Notes under the pieces: model-generated | The model's input: the letters and a program-made list of their open reading frames with translations, nothing else | Databases searched by the model: none | What the model was told of the DNA's origin: nothing | DNA from: an uncultured delta proteobacterium | GTDB taxonomy: Bacteria; Desulfobacterota; Syntrophia; Syntrophales; UBA2185 | Length of the DNA stretch: 64,000 bases | Assembly (NCBI GenBank): GCA_963729715.1 | Contig: CAVSPA010000018.1 | Location: 16,191-80,190 of the forward strand | Direction: 5' to 3' | Part shown: piece after piece, positions 53,892 to 62,827 of the stretch | Layout of the letters: every line of letters begins with the position of its first letter | How positions within the stretch are numbered: the stretch's first letter is position 1 | Position numbers and translations under genes: made by a program

Positions 53892-55841
53892 ATGACCAAG
53901 AAAATAATAAAACCTAAGGATCGCGTCTGGGATAAGGCGTCGTTGGAAACCCTGATCAAGGCGGAGCGGGACTGCATAGACACCTGCTTCACCCGCCTGG
54001 ATGCGCAGCAGAGTCCCTGCCGGTTTGGAACCGAAGGCCTCTGCTGCCGGATCTGCTATATGGGCCCCTGCCGGATTACAAGCAAGGCTCCACGCGGAGT
54101 CTGCGGAGCAGATGCCGACACGATTGTGGCCCGCAATTTTCTCCGTGAGGTCGCAGGCGGCACGGCTGCCCACTCTGATCACGGCCGCCATCTTGTCCTC
54201 CTCTTGAAACATGCGGCGGAAGGCCAAATAGCTGATTATGTAATCAGGGATGAAAAAGCGCTCCGACGTATAGCGAAAAGCTATGGCATAGAGGAAACGG
54301 AACGCACAAAAGAGGCGGTTGCCCTCGATCTTGCCGACTTGTTTTTGAAGGAATTCATGCTTCAGGAAGATACTCTTTCGACGCTGCGTCTTTCCCCGGT
54401 CAGGCAGCAGGCCATCTGGCGCGGCCAGTCCGTAGCGCCGCTCGGCATCGACCGGATGGTCGTCGAATCTCTCCACCGCACGCACATGGGCGTAGACCAC
54501 GATTACCGGAACATCCTTCTCCAGGCCTTTCGCACGTCCCTCGCCGACGGCTGGGGCGGATCGCGCATCGCCACGCAGATTTCCGATATCCTCTTCGGCA
54601 CACCCTCGCCGGTGCGGAGCGACGCTAACCTCGGCGTGCTCGGGAAAGATACGGTCAATATAGTCGTACATGGCCATGAGCCGGACCTGCCGGAGATGCT
54701 CGCTATCGCTGCACGTGATCCCGCCACGCAGGCTTATGCGCGAGAGGCCGGCGCCACCGGGATTACGCTCGCCGGCATTTGCTGCACGGCAAATGAAATA
54801 CTCATGCGGCACGGCATCCCCGTGGCGGGAAGCTTCCTCCAGCAGGAACTCGCCCTTGTGACGGGCGCTGTTGAAATGATGCTTGTCGATGTGCAATGCT
54901 GCATGCCGAGCCTTCCGGATGTCGCCCGGAGTTACCATACGGAAATCGTCTCCACGGCGGATATCGCCAAGACCGTCGGGACGACACATATCACGCTCAA
55001 CCGGGACAACCCGCTCGCCACGGCAAGGGTCCTGATCCGCCGCGCCGTCGACAATTTCAAGAACCGCGATCCTGAGAAAGTTTCCATCCCGGACATCAAA
55101 ACGCCGCTCGTCGCGGGTTTCAGCGTGGACGCTATTAAGTATATGTTGGGCGGCCGCTTCCGTGCGTCCTTCCGTCCGCTCAACGACGCAGTTATCCAGG
55201 GAAGGATCAGGGGCATCGTCGGCATTGTCGGCTGCAATAATCCGCGGACGCGCGTGGATGCCTACATCAACACCATGACGCGAGCGCTGATCGGGCAAAA
55301 CGTACTCGTCCTCAAGACCGGCTGCGCGGCCATTGCTTCCGCAAAAGAAGGGATGCTCAGGCCGGAGGCGGCGCTCGAAGCAGCGGGCGCGGGGCTCCGC
55401 GAGGTCTGCGAGGCAATCGGAATGCCGCCTGTCCTTCACATGGGAAGCTGCGTGGACAACTCCCGCATCCTCGAGGCGGGCACGGAAGTAGTTCTCGAGG
55501 GCGGCCTGGGCGACGACCTCTCGCAAATCCCCGCTGTGGGCGTGGCCCCCGAATGGATGAGCGAAAAAGCAGTGGCCATCGCCTGCTATTTTGTGGCTTC
55601 GGGCATTGACGTTGTCCTGGGACATCCCTTCCATGTAGGCGGTTCAGATAATGTGACACGCTTCCTCAATGAGGAAACACGGGAACTTTTTAACGCCTCC
55701 TTCCACGTCTGCGAAGACCCCCTCCGGGCCGTGGACATGGTGATCGATCTTCTCGATAAAAAGCGCGAGCGCCTCGGAATTAACCGCAAGGCCGAGCGGA
55801 AGCTCTACGACATGGAGGACCGGAGGAAGCTCGATGTCTAA
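53892..55841 (+). CDS. acsA: Ni-dependent carbon monoxide dehydrogenase catalytic subunit (AcsA/CooS)
   Basis: The N-terminal Cys clusters ..CRFGTEGLCCRICYMGPCRI.., ..HGHEP.. and full-length similarity. Confidence 0.9.
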   Translation: MTKKIIKPKDRVWDKASLETLIKAERDCIDTCFTRLDAQQSPCRFGTEGLCCRICYMGPCRITSKAPRGVCGADADTIVARNFLREVAGGTAAHSDHGRHLVLLLKHAAEGQIADYVIRDEKALRRIAKSYGIEETERTKEAVALDLADLFLKEFMLQEDTLSTLRLSPVRQQAIWRGQSVAPLGIDRMVVESLHRTHMGVDHDYRNILLQAFRTSLADGWGGSRIATQISDILFGTPSPVRSDANLGVLGKDTVNIVVHGHEPDLPEMLAIAARDPATQAYAREAGATGITLAGICCTANEILMRHGIPVAGSFLQQELALVTGAVEMMLVDVQCCMPSLPDVARSYHTEIVSTADIAKTVGTTHITLNRDNPLATARVLIRRAVDNFKNRDPEKVSIPDIKTPLVAGFSVDAIKYMLGGRFRASFRPLNDAVIQGRIRGIVGIVGCNNPRTRVDAYINTMTRALIGQNVLVLKTGCAAIASAKEGMLRPEAALEAAGAGLREVCEAIGMPPVLHMGSCVDNSRILEAGTEVVLEGGLGDDLSQIPAVGVAPEWMSEKAVAIACYFVASGIDVVLGHPFHVGGSDNVTRFLNEETRELFNASFHVCEDPLRAVDMVIDLLDKKRERLGINRKAERKLYDMEDRRKLDV

Positions 55842-58800
55842 GATCATCTGCGCAAGCGCCATTGACGGGGCCAGAGACTGGATCGCCAAAGCGGAAGACC
55901 GCCTGAATCATGCTATCAGCAAACGAGGCGAGACGTGGCCCGCTGCCTTTCCCGGTACTGCCTACTTCCTGCCTGTTATCTATTCCTTCACCGGTGAGCC
56001 TGTCCGCACACTCGGAGACCTGCGGCCGATCCTTCGCCAGGCCAAGCAACTCCTGCCGCTCCGCCCTGCCGATGCAGTATGGCTTCCCTACTTGGGGAGC
56101 GCCCTCGATGCAGGTATGGCGTCCCTCTTCGCCTGTGAAATAATCGAGGCGTGCAAGTATGCCGTCGGACCCGATCCTGTGGATGGGATCTGGTTGAGTG
56201 CGGCCAATGACGTCATCCTGCGGGAACGAGGCATCGAATTCGTGGACGGCACGGCCCCCGGCTTCGCCGCGATCACCGGCGCGGCGCCGACAAATAAAAT
56301 CGCAGTCACTATCGCGCGGCAGCTCCAGGAAAAAAACCTCTATGTCTTCATGGCGGGCGGCACCGACGGTAGGCAATTTGCCGAACAGTTGGCCGAAGAA
56401 GGCGTGCAGTTGGGATGGCCGACGCGCCTGATTCCGTTTGGTCCCGATGTCTCCGCCCTGATCTATGCTTTGGGATTCGCCAACCGCGTAGCCCTTTCCT
56501 TCGGCGGCGTACAGCCCGGCGACTACGAACGGAATCTTAAGTACAACAAGACTCGCATCTTTGCCTTCGTCCTTGCCCTGGGCGAGGTAACGCCCGACAA
56601 GTACGCCATAGCCGCAGGCGCAATCAACTACGGCTTTCCCATCATCGCCGATACGGACATCCCCGAGATTCTGCCGACGGGCGTCTGCACTTACGAGCAT
56701 GTCGTCTCCTCCGTGCCCTACGACACAATGGTGGAGAGGGCCCTCGAGGTGCGGGGCTGCAAGATCAAGGTCACCAAAGTGCCCATCCCCGTGCCCTACG
56801 GGCCGGCCTTCGAGGGTGAACTGATACGCAGGGCCGATGCCCACGTGGAGTTCGGTGGAAATTTGACCACCGCCTTTGAATTCGTCACCAGCGTGGATAT
56901 GGATCAGATCAACGACGGCGAGATAGAAATCATTGGTCCCCATATAGATGAGGTCGAGCCCGGCAGCACACTGCCGCTTGCCATCTGGGCGGAGGTTGCG
57001 GGCCGGAAGATGCAGTCTGATTTTGAACCTATCCTCGAAAGGCAGATCCATCACCTTGTCAACGGTGCCGAGGGGATCTGGCATATGGGTCAACGGGATA
57101 TTGTCTGGACGCGCGTTTCGAAGAGCGGCTTTGCACGTGGACTGGGGCTTCGCCACTACGGAGAGATCATCCACGCAAAGTTCATCTCCGACTACCCGGC
57201 CATTGTCGACAAGGTGAAGGTGACAATCATTACGGATGCGGCGGAGGTGGAACGGCGTCTCGCAGTCGCACGAAGAATCTATGACGAGCGAAACCGCCGC
57301 CTCGAGGCCATGACGGATGAAGCCGTGGATACCTTTTATTCCTGTCTCCTCTGCCAGTCCTTCGCCCCCAATCATGTCTGCATCATCACGCCGGAGCGGC
57401 TCGGGCTCTGCGGCGCCTACAATTGGCTGGATGGCAAGGCGGCCTACGAGATCAACGAGACCGGCCCGAACCAGCCCGTAAAAAAAGGCGAAGCCATCGA
57501 TCCTGTGAAAGGCATTTTTCGGGGCATCAACGAATACGTCTATCTAAGCAGCCACAAGAGCGTGCCGGAGTTCTGCTGCTATTCCCTCATGGACAGGCCC
57601 ATGACGAGCTGCGGCTGTTTCGAGGCGATCCTTGCCTATCTTCCCGAATGCAACGGCGTCATGGTCGTCAACCGGGAATATCAGGGCGAAACGCCTGTGG
57701 GGCTGACCTTCTCGAGCCTCGCCGGCAATGTGGGCGGCGGACAGCAGACCCCAGGCTTTATGGGCGTGGGCAAGGTCTTCCTGACCTCGAAGAAATTCCT
57801 CGCTGCGGAAGGCGGATTTAAACGCATCGTCTGGATGCCGAAGGCCCTTAAGGAACTCCTCGCTCCCGATCTCTCAAAACGCTTCGCCGAACAGGGAGCT
57901 CCGGATCTTTTAGAAAAAATTGCCGATGAGGAAGTGGGTGTCGATGCGCATGCAATCCGCGCGTTCATGGAAAACGTGCAACATCCCGCACTTTCGATGG
58001 ACGATATGGCCATCTATGCACTGCTGACCCCAACACCGACGCCGATAGAGCGTCCTCCATCCGAGGCGCATCCCGTTGAGGTACAGGAAGCCCCGCCATC
58101 ACCTGTGGAGACGAAGGAAGAGAGAGTTGCACCCGCCGAGGAAACGATCATTGGGCCTGCCGCAATCGGCCTCCTCGAAGCAGTCACCGCTTTTCCGGTC
58201 CGCCGGCAAACCTGCGATGTCCCCATCTGGCAGGTCACGCTCGGTGCTACAAAGAAAACAGGAGGAACCCGCGGCCATACCCTGAAAGTCGGCGGCGCAA
58301 ACTGCATGCCCTTCCATTTCTGGGAAGGTGCAATGCCGAGCCGTCCCCTTGTGGCCATGGAAGTCTTTGATGTGATCTCGGAGAAGTATCCCTCCGTCCT
58401 GAGAAACATCTATGGCGATCTCTTGATCCGGCCGGCGGAGATGGCACGTCTCTGCGTGGAAAAATACGGCGCAGATCTCATCAGCGTCCGTCTCGACGGA
58501 ACGCATCCCGAGAAGGGAAATCGCACTCCCGAGGAAGCCGTGAAGCTCGTCAAAGAGGTACTGGTCACGGTCGACGTGCCCCTGATCGTCACGGGCCACA
58601 GCCATTACGAGAAGAACAACGAAGTCCTGAAGTCCGTAGCCCAGGCCTGCGCCGGGGAGAACCTGCTCTTCAACTGGGTGGAGCAGGACAACTACCGCAC
58701 CATCGCCGGGGCGGCCATCGCCTACGGCCACTGCATTGTCGCTCAGAGCCCTATCGATGTGAACATCGGCAAGCAGTTGAACATCCTCCTCATAAATATG

Positions 58801-59157
58801 GATATCAAGCCGGAGCGGATTATCATGGACCCAATGACGGGCGCAACCGGCTATGGAATCGAATACACGTATTCAGTCATGGAGCGCATACGCCTGACGG
58901 GACTGGAAGGAGACCGCATGCTTGCGGCGCCGATGATAGTCTCACCCGGACAGGAGTGCGCGAGGGTCAAGGAGTACCGGGCTGCCGAGGCAAATTTCCC
59001 GGCATGGGGCAATCTCAAGAGACGCACAGCCCTCTGGGAACTCTCCACGGCGCTGAGCCTTCTTTACGCAGGCGCCGACCTCCTGATCATGTATCATCCC
59101 GACGCAGCGATGGCGCTGAAGAAGACGATCCTTGAATTGATGCAGAAGGAAGTATAA
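55834..59157 (+). CDS. acsB: Acetyl-CoA synthase (AcsB) fused through a Pro-rich linker to the corrinoid Fe-S protein small subunit (AcsD)
   Basis: Residues 1 to ~730 are AcsB-like, including ..CLLCQSFAPNHVCIITPERLGLCGA.. and ..MTSCGCFE.. The linker TPTPTPIERPPSEAHPVEVQEAPPSPVETKEE lies at about 58027-58145. The C-terminal ~330 aa are an AcsD/CdhD-like TIM barrel (..LISVRLDGTHPEKGN.. and ..IIMDPMTGATGYGIEY..). Confidence 0.8.
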   Translation: MSKIICASAIDGARDWIAKAEDRLNHAISKRGETWPAAFPGTAYFLPVIYSFTGEPVRTLGDLRPILRQAKQLLPLRPADAVWLPYLGSALDAGMASLFACEIIEACKYAVGPDPVDGIWLSAANDVILRERGIEFVDGTAPGFAAITGAAPTNKIAVTIARQLQEKNLYVFMAGGTDGRQFAEQLAEEGVQLGWPTRLIPFGPDVSALIYALGFANRVALSFGGVQPGDYERNLKYNKTRIFAFVLALGEVTPDKYAIAAGAINYGFPIIADTDIPEILPTGVCTYEHVVSSVPYDTMVERALEVRGCKIKVTKVPIPVPYGPAFEGELIRRADAHVEFGGNLTTAFEFVTSVDMDQINDGEIEIIGPHIDEVEPGSTLPLAIWAEVAGRKMQSDFEPILERQIHHLVNGAEGIWHMGQRDIVWTRVSKSGFARGLGLRHYGEIIHAKFISDYPAIVDKVKVTIITDAAEVERRLAVARRIYDERNRRLEAMTDEAVDTFYSCLLCQSFAPNHVCIITPERLGLCGAYNWLDGKAAYEINETGPNQPVKKGEAIDPVKGIFRGINEYVYLSSHKSVPEFCCYSLMDRPMTSCGCFEAILAYLPECNGVMVVNREYQGETPVGLTFSSLAGNVGGGQQTPGFMGVGKVFLTSKKFLAAEGGFKRIVWMPKALKELLAPDLSKRFAEQGAPDLLEKIADEEVGVDAHAIRAFMENVQHPALSMDDMAIYALLTPTPTPIERPPSEAHPVEVQEAPPSPVETKEERVAPAEETIIGPAAIGLLEAVTAFPVRRQTCDVPIWQVTLGATKKTGGTRGHTLKVGGANCMPFHFWEGAMPSRPLVAMEVFDVISEKYPSVLRNIYGDLLIRPAEMARLCVEKYGADLISVRLDGTHPEKGNRTPEEAVKLVKEVLVTVDVPLIVTGHSHYEKNNEVLKSVAQACAGENLLFNWVEQDNYRTIAGAAIAYGHCIVAQSPIDVNIGKQLNILLINMDIKPERIIMDPMTGATGYGIEYTYSVMERIRLTGLEGDRMLAAPMIVSPGQECARVKEYRAAEANFPAWGNLKRRTALWELSTALSLLYAGADLLIMYHPDAAMALKKTILELMQKEV

Positions 59158-59205
59158 AGATTAAGAGACCGGATTCCCGTTTTCACGGGAATGACAAAAT
59201 GTGTT

Positions 59206-59232
59206 TTCATTTTTACTTTTGCCTTTTGACTT
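59206..59232 (+). repeat. A+T-rich intergenic unit (T-rich orientation)
   Basis: TTCATTTTTACTTTTGCCTTTTGACTT. It is preceded by the hairpin ATTCCCG-ttttca-CGGGAAT at 59172-59191. Confidence 0.65.
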
Positions 59233-59253
59233 TTCTATTGTCCTGAGGTTTCT

Positions 59254-60606
59254 ATGGCTCTGACGGGTTTACAAATTCAGAAACTGCTTCCCAAGACCAA
59301 TTGCAGGGAATGCGGTTCCAATACGTGTATGGCCTTTGCGATGAAGCTTGCAACAAAGAAGGCTGAGATTGCCGCATGCCCTTATGCCTCCGAAGAGGCC
59401 ATCCAGGTGCTGGGCGCGGCGAGCGAGCCTCCCGTACGCGGGATTGTGCTGGGGCCGGACCGGACGCTGACTCTCGGCGAGGAAACCGTCCTTTACCGGC
59501 ACGAAAAGACCTTTTTCCACCAGACTGCTCTTGCCGTCAATATCAATGATACCGATTCCTCCGGCATGATTGAAGACACGCTCGCGGCCGTCCGTGATTA
59601 TCGGCTGGAGCGGGTCGGCGAGACCATTCGGATCGATATGGCGGCAGTGACTCAGAGAGGTACAAACGTAAATGCTTTTGCGGAGCTTGCAGCGAAAGCC
59701 TGGAGCACAACCGGCCTGCCCCTCGTGCTCCGGAGCGAGAGTCCTGCAGCATTGAAGGCCGCGGCAATCGCCGTAAAAGGCTCACGCAGCGTGCTTGCCG
59801 CAGCCACGCAGGAAACATTGGATGAGCTGCACAACATCGCCAGAGATAATGACCACGCCCTCGGTGTCACTGCACCGGACCTGGACAGCCTTTTTCGCGC
59901 CGCCGCGAAGCTCCGTGAGGCCGGCTTCCAAGATATGCTGCTCCAGTTTCAGACGTCGTCTCTCGCCGAACAATTTCAGACAAACTCTGCAATTCGTCGC
60001 GCCGCCCTGAAAGACACCGTCAAGCCCCTCGGTTATCCGTTCTTGCGCTTCCTTCACAATGTCGACGATCTCCTCACAATAGCTGCCGGGGCAATCACGG
60101 AAATCAACAAATACGGCGGCATCTGCGTTCTGCCCGTTTTCGAGCCCGAACTCCTGGCAGCACTCATGACGCTCCGCCTCAATATCTACACCGACCCGCA
60201 GAAACCCATCCAAGTTGAGCCCAAGGTCTATCCCATCGGGGAACCGCGTCCCGACTCTCCGGTTTTCGTAACCACCAATTTCTCCCTTACTTATTTCACT
60301 GTCTCGGGAGAAATCGAAAACAGCGGCACCAGCGCGTGGCTGGTCGTCCCGGAATGCGAGGGAATGAGCGTGCTAACCGCTTGGGCGGCTGGAAAGTTTT
60401 CCGGCGCTTCCATCGCGAAATTCGTGAAGCAAGTGGGTTTGGAGAAGCAAGTATCTACGCGCGAGATCGTCATTCCCGGCTATGTCGCCCAGATCAGCGG
60501 TGAGTTGGAGGAAAACCTGCCGGGCTGGAAGGTGCTCGTCGGCCCCCAGGACGCTGCGGATATAGAAAGCTTTGTGAGAATGCAAAAGACAAAGAACAAA
60601 ATGTAG
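59254..60606 (+). CDS. acsC: Corrinoid Fe-S protein large subunit (AcsC)
   Basis: The N-terminal [4Fe-4S] motif ..TNCRECGSNTCMAFAMKL......ACP.. and full-length similarity. Confidence 0.9.
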   Translation: MALTGLQIQKLLPKTNCRECGSNTCMAFAMKLATKKAEIAACPYASEEAIQVLGAASEPPVRGIVLGPDRTLTLGEETVLYRHEKTFFHQTALAVNINDTDSSGMIEDTLAAVRDYRLERVGETIRIDMAAVTQRGTNVNAFAELAAKAWSTTGLPLVLRSESPAALKAAAIAVKGSRSVLAAATQETLDELHNIARDNDHALGVTAPDLDSLFRAAAKLREAGFQDMLLQFQTSSLAEQFQTNSAIRRAALKDTVKPLGYPFLRFLHNVDDLLTIAAGAITEINKYGGICVLPVFEPELLAALMTLRLNIYTDPQKPIQVEPKVYPIGEPRPDSPVFVTTNFSLTYFTVSGEIENSGTSAWLVVPECEGMSVLTAWAAGKFSGASIAKFVKQVGLEKQVSTREIVIPGYVAQISGELEENLPGWKVLVGPQDAADIESFVRMQKTKNKM

Positions 60607-60630
60607 ATTGAACTCTTTAATGTCATTTCG

Positions 60631-60708
60631 AGCGCACGCGAGAAATCCTTGTCCCGATCGAAAGGAGGAGTTTTAAAGATTCCTCGTCGCACGCTTCTCG
60701 GAATGACA
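60631..60708. repeat. Long imperfect palindrome (REP-like) between acsC and acsV
   Basis: GTCATTTCGAGCGCACGCGAGAAATC ..26 nt.. GATTCCTCGTCGCACGCTTCTCGGAATGAC. The GGAATGAC terminus is shared with 59186-59193. Confidence 0.5.
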
Positions 60709-60722
60709 GAGGGATTGAATAT

Positions 60723-62645
60723 ATGCCGCACATAACTTTTCAACCATCCGGGATTGTAATCAACGTTAAGGCGAATACGATGCTCCTCGACGCGGCGCGC
60801 CTCGCCGGCGTGGAGATAGACGCCCCCTGCGGCGGCAAGGGTACCTGCGGCAACTGCTCTGTGCGCATCGTCTCCGGACAGGTTCTCTGCGAAAGCCTCG
60901 ACGTGTTGACTCAGGCGGAAATCGATCAGGGCTTTGTTCCAACCTGCCACACATCTGTACTGGATTCCGATGTTGTTGTTGATGTGCCAGATCAGGCGGG
61001 ACGTCTCGGCGGTCAGTTCAGCGACCATGACGGTATAAGGCTTATCGATGCGGCGCTGCTCCCCACTCCGGAAGACTGCCAGCCCTTGACCGAAAAGATA
61101 AGCATCTCCGTTCCGCCCCCGCAGAAGGCCGACGGCCTGTCGGATATTGACCGTCTCATATGTACACTTCGGCAGCGGCTTGGCAAGGACGAGTTCATTG
61201 TTCCCCTTGCTGTCATCCGTAATTTAGCCGACGCCCTGCGCGCAGCCGGCGGGAATATAACCGTCACCCTGATCGCGCAAACCCCATCAGAGTCTAATTC
61301 CACCAATATCAGAAGATACCGCGTCACGGCTCTCGAAGCGAATAACGGCACGGACAGGCACTATGGGATCGCCGTTGACGTGGGCACGACGACAGTTGCG
61401 GCGCAGCTGGTCGATCTCTCCGATATGAAAGTCATCTCCACGCGCACCGATTATAACGGCCAGCTCGCCTGTGGTCTCGACGTCATCAGCCGTATTGATT
61501 ATGCACGCCGGCCGGACCGCCGGTGGGAGCTCCGCACACGCGTACTTCGGACTATCAACCGTCTCATAGAGCAGTCGGCCCATCACGACCAGATCGAACA
61601 TTCTGAAATCGCATGCGCCGTGGTATCCGGCAACACGACTATGATGCATCTCCTCCTCGGTCTGAACCCCGAATACATCCGGCTCGCACCATATACGCCG
61701 ACGGTTCTCGACGTGCCCTTCTTCACCGCGTCGGAGGTGGGGATCGCCATAACTCCCTCCGCACCTGTGATGATCTCGCCCGCCGTGGGAAGCTATGTAG
61801 GCGGAGACATCACCGCGGGTATTCTCTGCACGGATTTATGCAACGACAGCGACGGAGTCTGCCTCTTTATGGATGTCGGCACGAATGGCGAGGTCGTCAT
61901 AGGCAATAGGGATTTTCTTCTGACATGCGCCTGCTCTGTCGGCCCTGCCTTCGAAGGCGGCGGGATCAAATGCGGGATGAGGGCGGCTCACGGGGCTATC
62001 GAAAAAGTGGATGTAGATCCGGCAACAGGACTGGCGACATGCCGGACTATCGGCCAGGTCAGGCCCCGCGGCGTCTGCGGCTCCGGCATGATATCGCTTC
62101 TCGCTCAACTTTTGGAAACAGGCTGGATCGACGCTGCCGGAAAATTGAAACGCTCCGCACCATCAGAAGCCATTCAAATCAATGGTCGCCAGGCAGCCTA
62201 TACCTTGGTCTCAGCAAAGGAGAGCGCCACCGGCCGCGCAATCACTCTCGAAGAGAAGGACATCGAAAACATCATCCGTGCGAAGGCCGCGTTATATGCC
62301 GCCTGTGCGCTCATGCTGACGCAGATAGATATGGAATATCACAATCTCCGGAAGGTCTATATCGCCGGCGGGTTCGGCAGATTTCTCGACCTCGATGCGG
62401 CCATAACGATCGGCCTCCTTCCGAATCTGCCGCGGGACCGTTTTCATTTTATCGGCAACTCTTCTCTTGCGGGGAGCCGCATGGTCCTCGTATCGGAGAA
62501 GCACCGGAAACTGCAGCGCCTGCATGCCCGACGGATGACATATCTGGAACTCACAACGGACCCGTCCTATATGAATGAGTATACTGCGGCCCTTTTTCTT
62601 CCCCATACCAACCCGAAGCGCTTCCACCAGAAAGATATCGTGTAA
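60723..62645 (+). CDS. acsV: Corrinoid activation/regeneration protein (RACo-type: [2Fe-2S] ferredoxin + ASKHA/DUF4445 ATPase)
   Basis: The N-terminal ..APCGGKGTCGNCSVRI.. is a plant-type ferredoxin motif. A long ASKHA-like body follows (..IAVDVGTTTVAA.. and ..MDVGTNGEV..). Confidence 0.8.
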   Translation: MPHITFQPSGIVINVKANTMLLDAARLAGVEIDAPCGGKGTCGNCSVRIVSGQVLCESLDVLTQAEIDQGFVPTCHTSVLDSDVVVDVPDQAGRLGGQFSDHDGIRLIDAALLPTPEDCQPLTEKISISVPPPQKADGLSDIDRLICTLRQRLGKDEFIVPLAVIRNLADALRAAGGNITVTLIAQTPSESNSTNIRRYRVTALEANNGTDRHYGIAVDVGTTTVAAQLVDLSDMKVISTRTDYNGQLACGLDVISRIDYARRPDRRWELRTRVLRTINRLIEQSAHHDQIEHSEIACAVVSGNTTMMHLLLGLNPEYIRLAPYTPTVLDVPFFTASEVGIAITPSAPVMISPAVGSYVGGDITAGILCTDLCNDSDGVCLFMDVGTNGEVVIGNRDFLLTCACSVGPAFEGGGIKCGMRAAHGAIEKVDVDPATGLATCRTIGQVRPRGVCGSGMISLLAQLLETGWIDAAGKLKRSAPSEAIQINGRQAAYTLVSAKESATGRAITLEEKDIENIIRAKAALYAACALMLTQIDMEYHNLRKVYIAGGFGRFLDLDAAITIGLLPNLPRDRFHFIGNSSLAGSRMVLVSEKHRKLQRLHARRMTYLELTTDPSYMNEYTAALFLPHTNPKRFHQKDIV

Positions 62646-62827
62646 TAAAGATTACTTTCCTTTCACCTCCTTCTCATGCCCTGCAATTTTTCCATGAAGA
62701 GCCACAATATGAGCATCACGGAGCAGGACGTGAAGAAGATGATCAAGCCCGCATGACACACCTGCGACAATACCGGACAAATCCTATTCCATATCGCGGT
62801 GACAAACTTTCTGCCCTGCCGAGCAGG

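Noticed and set aside
53730-57375. Very long minus-strand ORFs (53730-55634, 634 aa; 55780-57375, 531 aa) opposite acsA and acsB
   Set aside because: The plus-strand ORFs carry unmistakable CODH and ACS motifs. The antisense translations are Arg/Gly/Ala/Pro-rich with no motifs, which is typical of shadow ORFs in G+C-rich coding DNA.
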